Positions 58,781-64,000 of a DNA stretch of 64,000 nucleotides are shown one piece after another (position 1 is the first letter of the stretch; the number at the start of each line of letters is the position of its first letter). The DNA is from Erysipelotrichaceae bacterium (GTDB lineage Bacteria > Bacillota_I > Bacilli_A > Erysipelotrichales > Erysipelotrichaceae): the NCBI GenBank assembly GCA_017432545.1, contig JAFRJA010000045.1, positions 3,198 to 67,197 of the forward strand, given 5' to 3'. The notes beneath the pieces are model-generated. The model saw only the letters and a program-made list of their open reading frames with translations. It was not told where the DNA came from and did not search any database. The position numbers and the translations under genes were made by a program.

Positions 58781-59348
58781 GATCATCTATCCGATACCGG
58801 AACGGCAGAGCCTTTTCTATCGCTATCTGCGTGACATCGTCAGGATCATCTTTCTGGCAGCAGCCTTCATCTGTCTGCTTATCAATTTCATCATCAAAGG
58901 CAAGATGTGGTCGATCGTCGTCATCTGGTCGCTATTCTCGATCTGGCGGCTGGTCTTTTCCTTAAGACTGGTCGAATTCTCGATCTTTTCCCACGCCAGC
59001 AAGGTCACTTTCTATCTGGTGGTACTCTTATTTCTGATCGACCATTTTTTGGCTCACGGCTGGGCGGAAACGGTCATTCCGATCGTGCTGTTTGCGGATC
59101 TGTTAGTGATGTTTGTGATCTATTTTGCGATCAACGACCGCAAAAACAGACACCTGATGTCGATCTTCATGCTGGGATTTTTGAATCTGCTTTTCATTCC
59201 TTATTCGTCCCACTCCTGGCCGATCAGAAACTGGATCGCTTTCGCCTTTGAATGCGCTTCTTTTCTGCTGTTTATCGCCTTGCTTATAATAAATCGCAAG
59301 GAACTGCTATATGAACTGAAAAGCCGTTTCAGTCGTAAAACAAGATAA
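58770..59348 (+). CDS. polytopic membrane protein of unknown function
   Basis: Five to six hydrophobic segments. Start overlaps the upstream stop. Confidence 0.6.
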   Translation: MNPRIIYPIPERQSLFYRYLRDIVRIIFLAAAFICLLINFIIKGKMWSIVVIWSLFSIWRLVFSLRLVEFSIFSHASKVTFYLVVLLFLIDHFLAHGWAETVIPIVLFADLLVMFVIYFAINDRKNRHLMSIFMLGFLNLLFIPYSSHSWPIRNWIAFAFECASFLLFIALLIINRKELLYELKSRFSRKTR

Positions 59349-59417
59349 GGGCATTGCCGTTTACTTTAAACTGTTAAAGCCCTATACTTAAATTGTCAAA
59401 TACAGGAGGAATCAATC

Positions 59418-59957
59418 ATGAGCAACAAATATGCAGGTACCAAGACCGAGAAGAATCTGGAAGCCGCTTTTGCCGGCGAATCGCAGGCCAGAAACAAATA
59501 CACTTATTTCGCTTCCAAGGCCAAGAAAGAAGGTTATGAGCAGATAGCCGCTCTATTCTTAAAAACGGCTGAGAACGAAAAAGAACACGCCAAGATGTGG
59601 TTCAAGGAACTCAATGGTATCGGAAGTACCGCCGAGAACCTGAAGGCTGCTGCCGATGGCGAAAACTATGAGTGGACCGACATGTATGAAGAATTTGCCA
59701 GGACGGCTGAAGAAGAAGGTTTCAATGAACTGGCTGCCAAATTCAGACTGGTCGCGGCGATCGAGAAGCATCATGAGGAAAGATACAGATCACTTCTTTA
59801 CAATGTGGAAAATAACGCCGTCTTCGAGAAAGCGACGGTCAAGATCTGGGAATGCCGCAACTGTGGTCATATCGTGATCGGCACCAAGGCTCCGGAAGTC
59901 TGCCCGACCTGCAACCATCCGCAGTCCTACTTCGAAGTTAACGCCGAAAACTATTAA
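59418..59957 (+). CDS. rbr: rubrerythrin
   Basis: Ferritin-like diiron ExxH motifs and a C-terminal rubredoxin CRNCGH...CPTCNH. Confidence 0.95.
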   Translation: MSNKYAGTKTEKNLEAAFAGESQARNKYTYFASKAKKEGYEQIAALFLKTAENEKEHAKMWFKELNGIGSTAENLKAAADGENYEWTDMYEEFARTAEEEGFNELAAKFRLVAAIEKHHEERYRSLLYNVENNAVFEKATVKIWECRNCGHIVIGTKAPEVCPTCNHPQSYFEVNAENY

Positions 59958-60159
59958 AATACCGGATAAATCAGATCAATCCTTACAAAAGCGGAATGAG
60001 CATTCATGGCCGCTTTTTTATAATCTTCGAGATCCGATAGGGTATTGTTTTTCTATGAAAGCGCTCTCGCATACGATATAATACTATCAGGAGAATCAAT
60101 ACTGAACTGCTCCTTTAAGCATGCTTTTTTATGGCAATATCAAAGGAGCTGAAAACACT

Positions 60160-62697
60160 ATGAAAAGAACCTGGGTCATTATCGTCAATATATTCATCAT
60201 GATCGCAATGCTGACTTTTGTGGTCTTTTATTCCAACTATGAGAACAAGGATATGACGCAAAGGCAGATAGAGCATTTTGAAAATACCACGATCACCATG
60301 GAACGTGTCACCGAGAACTATCTGGAAGGTGAACAGCGCATTTGCGATGTCTGGGCCCGTTATATCAACAGCAAGGACATGAGCATCGAAGAAGCCATCT
60401 CCTTCATCCGTATTTCTCATGTACTCCCTAACGCTTCAGCCCATATCATCTATCCCGATTCTTTGACCGGTCTTTCGACCAGAGCCAGCCAGGCGGGGTC
60501 GGAAGACTATTTTGTTTCTTATGCCAAAGTTGAACTTCTGGAGGACGTGTCCTGGATCGATGAGATCGGCAAGTCCATCAATATTTCCCGTGCCTATACC
60601 AATCCGGTAAACGGTGAACAGTCGATCGCTTTTTGCAACTTCATCGCCCTGCACGATGCGGATACCGGTGAACATAAAGACGCCATCCTGTTAAGAATAC
60701 TGCCGATCGCGGAACTGGAACAGAAGTGGGTCTTCCCGCAGGAAGAGTTTGAAAATGCCGAGCTATCCATGATCGATGCCAGCGGCGACTATATCATCAA
60801 GGGTCATTCGTTCAAGAATTCCAGTTTCTTTGAATTCTATCTTTCATACAATGCCATCGATTCCGCTTCAGCCCAGGAACTGTTTGAAAAGATCACTTCA
60901 TCGACCGGCAATTTCACGATGCTTAATTCCAAAGGCGAGGAGTGCATCGTTGCCCATACATCGGTAGCAGCGACCGAAGGCTGGACGCTGCTGTCGCTGA
61001 TGCCGATGACGGATCTCACGGTCAATACCGAAAACTGGCTTTTGATCGGTATCGTTTCGGCAGGCTTGCTGATCCTGTTTGTATTCGATTTGGCGATCAT
61101 GATCGATTTCAATAAGAAACTGCAGGCTTCGGCCAAAGAAGCCGAACTCGCCAGCAAGGCCAAGACCGACTTCCTGTCGACCATGTCCCATGATATAAGA
61201 ACACCGATGAATGCGATCATCGGTCTGACGACGATCGCGGAGAAAAATCTCGGCGACAGCCAGGCGGTGGGGGAGAATCTGCGCAAGATAACCCTCGCCA
61301 GCAATCATCTGCTTACTTTGATCAACGACATCCTGGATATCTCCAAGGTCGAAAGCGGCAAGCTGAATCTGTCTCCGCAGACTTTCTCCATCGTGGAGAC
61401 GGTGGAAAATCTCGTCAATCTGTCCCAGCCCATGGTCAAAGAAAAGAACATCGAATTCAATTTCCGTACCAGCAAGATGGAAAGGGAATATCTCTATGCC
61501 GATCAGTTAAGACTGAATCAGATCTACATCAATATATTGTCCAACGCCATCAAGTATACCGAACCAGGTGGCAGAGTCAGCGTGGATATGCGCGAAGAAG
61601 AAAGCCCCAAGGAAGGCTGTGTCAGACTTACCTATATCGTTTCCGATACCGGTATCGGTATGTCTCCTGAATTTATGGAAACCATGTATCAGCCGTTCTC
61701 CCGGCAGACGGACAGCCGGGTCAACAGCATTCAGGGTACCGGCCTTGGTCTGGCGATCACGAAACAGATGGTCGATCTGATGGATGGCAGCATTGATTGC
61801 CAAAGCAAGCAGGGTGAAGGAACGACCTTCACCGTCGTGCTGGATATTCCGGAAGCCGATCGTCAAAGGGAAGAAATGACGCTGGAGGCGATGGATGTCC
61901 TGATCGCGGATGATGATGAGATCCTGCTGGAAACGGCGGTCGATACGCTTGAATCCCTTGGCTTGTCAGCCGATTGTGCTCACGGCGGTCTGGAGGCTTT
62001 GGGTATGATCCGCTATCGTCATGAGATAGGAAATGATTACGGTGTGGTGATCCTTGACTGGAAGATGCCGGATATGAACGGTCTGGAAACGATACGTCGT
62101 ATCCGTGCGGAGGTGGATGAAAATATTCCGATCCTTTTGATTTCCGCTTACGACTGGTCGGATATCGAGGATGCCGCCAAGGAAGCCGGGGCCAATGGTT
62201 TCATCTCCAAACCGTTGTTCCGTTCCACGCTTTACGATAAGATCAGTGAACTGCTGGGCATCGAAGCCAAATCCGTGGAACCGGAGAATGACTATTCCGA
62301 TCTGGAAGGCATGAACATCCTCATTGCCGAAGATAACGATATCAACTGGGAGATCATTTCCACCATGCTTAGCATGTTCAAGATCACGACGGAAAGAGCC
62401 GAAAACGGTCTGATCTGTGTGGAAAAGATGAAGAAAGCCTCTAAAGGACAATACGCCCTCATCTTTATGGATATACAAATGCCGCAGATGAACGGTCTTG
62501 ATGCCACCAGAAACATCCGCAAACTGGATGATGAATGGGCTTCAAGTATTCCGATCATCGCCATGACGGCGGATGCCTTCTCGGAGAATATCACCGAGTG
62601 CCTCAATGCCGGTATGAACGGACATATCGCTAAACCTATCGACATGAAACTAGTCATCAAGGAGATCCGCAGGATCAAGGAGGAAAGAAAAGCATGA
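60160..62697 (+). CDS. hybrid sensor histidine kinase with two receiver domains
   Basis: TM, extracytoplasmic domain, TM, then H-box SHDIRTPMN, an HATPase (GTGLGL), and two REC domains (VLIADDD.., ILIAEDN..). Confidence 0.9.
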   Translation: MKRTWVIIVNIFIMIAMLTFVVFYSNYENKDMTQRQIEHFENTTITMERVTENYLEGEQRICDVWARYINSKDMSIEEAISFIRISHVLPNASAHIIYPDSLTGLSTRASQAGSEDYFVSYAKVELLEDVSWIDEIGKSINISRAYTNPVNGEQSIAFCNFIALHDADTGEHKDAILLRILPIAELEQKWVFPQEEFENAELSMIDASGDYIIKGHSFKNSSFFEFYLSYNAIDSASAQELFEKITSSTGNFTMLNSKGEECIVAHTSVAATEGWTLLSLMPMTDLTVNTENWLLIGIVSAGLLILFVFDLAIMIDFNKKLQASAKEAELASKAKTDFLSTMSHDIRTPMNAIIGLTTIAEKNLGDSQAVGENLRKITLASNHLLTLINDILDISKVESGKLNLSPQTFSIVETVENLVNLSQPMVKEKNIEFNFRTSKMEREYLYADQLRLNQIYINILSNAIKYTEPGGRVSVDMREEESPKEGCVRLTYIVSDTGIGMSPEFMETMYQPFSRQTDSRVNSIQGTGLGLAITKQMVDLMDGSIDCQSKQGEGTTFTVVLDIPEADRQREEMTLEAMDVLIADDDEILLETAVDTLESLGLSADCAHGGLEALGMIRYRHEIGNDYGVVILDWKMPDMNGLETIRRIRAEVDENIPILLISAYDWSDIEDAAKEAGANGFISKPLFRSTLYDKISELLGIEAKSVEPENDYSDLEGMNILIAEDNDINWEIISTMLSMFKITTERAENGLICVEKMKKASKGQYALIFMDIQMPQMNGLDATRNIRKLDDEWASSIPIIAMTADAFSENITECLNAGMNGHIAKPIDMKLVIKEIRRIKEERKA

Positions 62698-63986
62698 AAA
62701 AGATACTGGCTGTCATTATGATTCTGTGCATGGCTGTAACACTTGCAGCCTGTAATGAAAAGCCGCAGCAGCAGGAAGAAGCCGCCGGCTACCAACCGGC
62801 TTTGGATAGCGAAACGGAGTGTGAGATCACGATCGTCGGAAGCTATGATAACTTCGAGGCTCTGGAAGCGGAATTCGACCGTTTCAACCAGCTGTATCCC
62901 AACGTGGAACTCAGCTATGTGAAACTGGACGACTATCAGAACGTCTTAGGCACCGTGCTTGATGGCAATGACAAGCCCAACATCTTCTTCTCCTACACCT
63001 GGATGATGGACAATGAGAAGTATGACGATGTCGTCAAACATATGGAGGATCTTTCGGATTCTTCGCTGGGTATGGATCTTGATTGCATCCGTCCGGGTCT
63101 GATCAACCACGACAGCGAAGGCCATGTGATGATGGTTCCGGTCTTCTCCAGGACTTATGGCATGCTGGTAAACAACGACCTGTTTGAAAAGGAAGGCTTA
63201 AGCGTTCCTTCCACCTGGAGTGAACTGATCGCCGTATGCGATGAATTCAAAAACAGAGGCTACGCCAGCCCAATGATGGGTTACACGCTCAAATCATCCA
63301 GTTCTTTAATGAACACGATCGCTTATCCGCTGTTCATCGCGACCCTTGCCGACAATCCGGAAGCTCTGGCCTTAGCCAACGATCTGGATCCTGCGGCAGG
63401 TGAGTATATGCGTCCGGCGTTAGAAACAGTCGAAAAGTTGGCTGAGCTTGGCTGTTTCGATCTGGAAGAGTGCGATAAGATCGAAGATAACTACACCCAG
63501 GTCATCCTGCGTTTCTTTGAAGGCGATGTGCCGATGATGGTCTGTACCGGCGATACCGTATCAGGAACCAAGAAGAGGGAAAGCCAGTCCGAGGCTTTCA
63601 CCAAGTCACCTTTCACTTATTCGTTAACCCCGATCCCGCTCAATGAAGAGGGCGGATACTTCATCGATTCACCGTCCATCGAATTCTCGGTAAACAAGGA
63701 TTGCGATGATCTGGAGATGACCAATGAATTCATGCGTTTCCTGGTCTCCACCGACGAGCTCAATGAAATGGCTTCCATCAAGCGTCTGGTGACACCGACC
63801 AACGATCTCTCGCTCGATGCGGTCTACGCTCCTTTCGGCCAGGTACCGGCGGAACGTACTTTCTCACCGGAAGTGCTGGGCATTAAGGACAAGCTTACGG
63901 TTCAGATCAGGGTCGCTTCTTACAATGTCGTAAAAGAAAAGATCAGTATCGACGAAGCTATCTCGAAGTACGGAAGCTATGAATAG
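62694..63986 (+). CDS. ABC-type solute-binding lipoprotein
   Basis: Signal TLAAC and a family-1 SBP-like body. Translationally coupled to the hybrid kinase. Confidence 0.8.
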   Translation: MKKILAVIMILCMAVTLAACNEKPQQQEEAAGYQPALDSETECEITIVGSYDNFEALEAEFDRFNQLYPNVELSYVKLDDYQNVLGTVLDGNDKPNIFFSYTWMMDNEKYDDVVKHMEDLSDSSLGMDLDCIRPGLINHDSEGHVMMVPVFSRTYGMLVNNDLFEKEGLSVPSTWSELIAVCDEFKNRGYASPMMGYTLKSSSSLMNTIAYPLFIATLADNPEALALANDLDPAAGEYMRPALETVEKLAELGCFDLEECDKIEDNYTQVILRFFEGDVPMMVCTGDTVSGTKKRESQSEAFTKSPFTYSLTPIPLNEEGGYFIDSPSIEFSVNKDCDDLEMTNEFMRFLVSTDELNEMASIKRLVTPTNDLSLDAVYAPFGQVPAERTFSPEVLGIKDKLTVQIRVASYNVVKEKISIDEAISKYGSYE

Positions 63987-64000
63987 AAACAAAACGGATC

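Overview
This is a low-GC Gram-positive (Bacillota-type) chromosomal window; an Erysipelotrichia-like origin is only a guess from GroEL and gene style. It has four parts. (1) Bases 1-25 kb hold two related integrative elements stacked in tandem at the 3' end of a minus-strand tRNA-Gln(CUG). A 17-bp copy of the tRNA 3' end recurs at 11859-11875. Element A (left end outside the window) carries a ThiF/E1-like gene plus a DUF6527-like gene, a type IV coupling protein, a CHAP hydrolase, an RHH protein plus putative relaxase, a Tn916-like sigma/HTH/XRE regulatory module, and xis-int. Element B (about 13.1 kb) carries a replisome organizer, ParAB, an AlbA_2-type protein, unknown small or membrane proteins, ISL3-like remnants, XRE and xis-int, but no relaxase. 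(2) Bases 25-33.8 kb are core genes: a two-component system, a sugar ABC transporter and gap. (3) Bases 33.9-47.3 kb form a cassette-like accessory patch. Short gene modules, toxin-antitoxin pairs and gene fragments are separated by one conserved 80-110 bp intergenic repeat. (4) Bases 47.4-64 kb are core genes: pepF, CIRCE-groES-groEL, an ABC exporter, tRNA-Arg(CCU), a nucleotide cyclase, rubrerythrin and a hybrid kinase. The most interesting signals are the repeat-bounded cassette array, an oriT-like three-hairpin module shared by both elements, and an ORF-less GC-rich candidate structured RNA. All calls come from reading the sequence and ORF track only; no database search was run.
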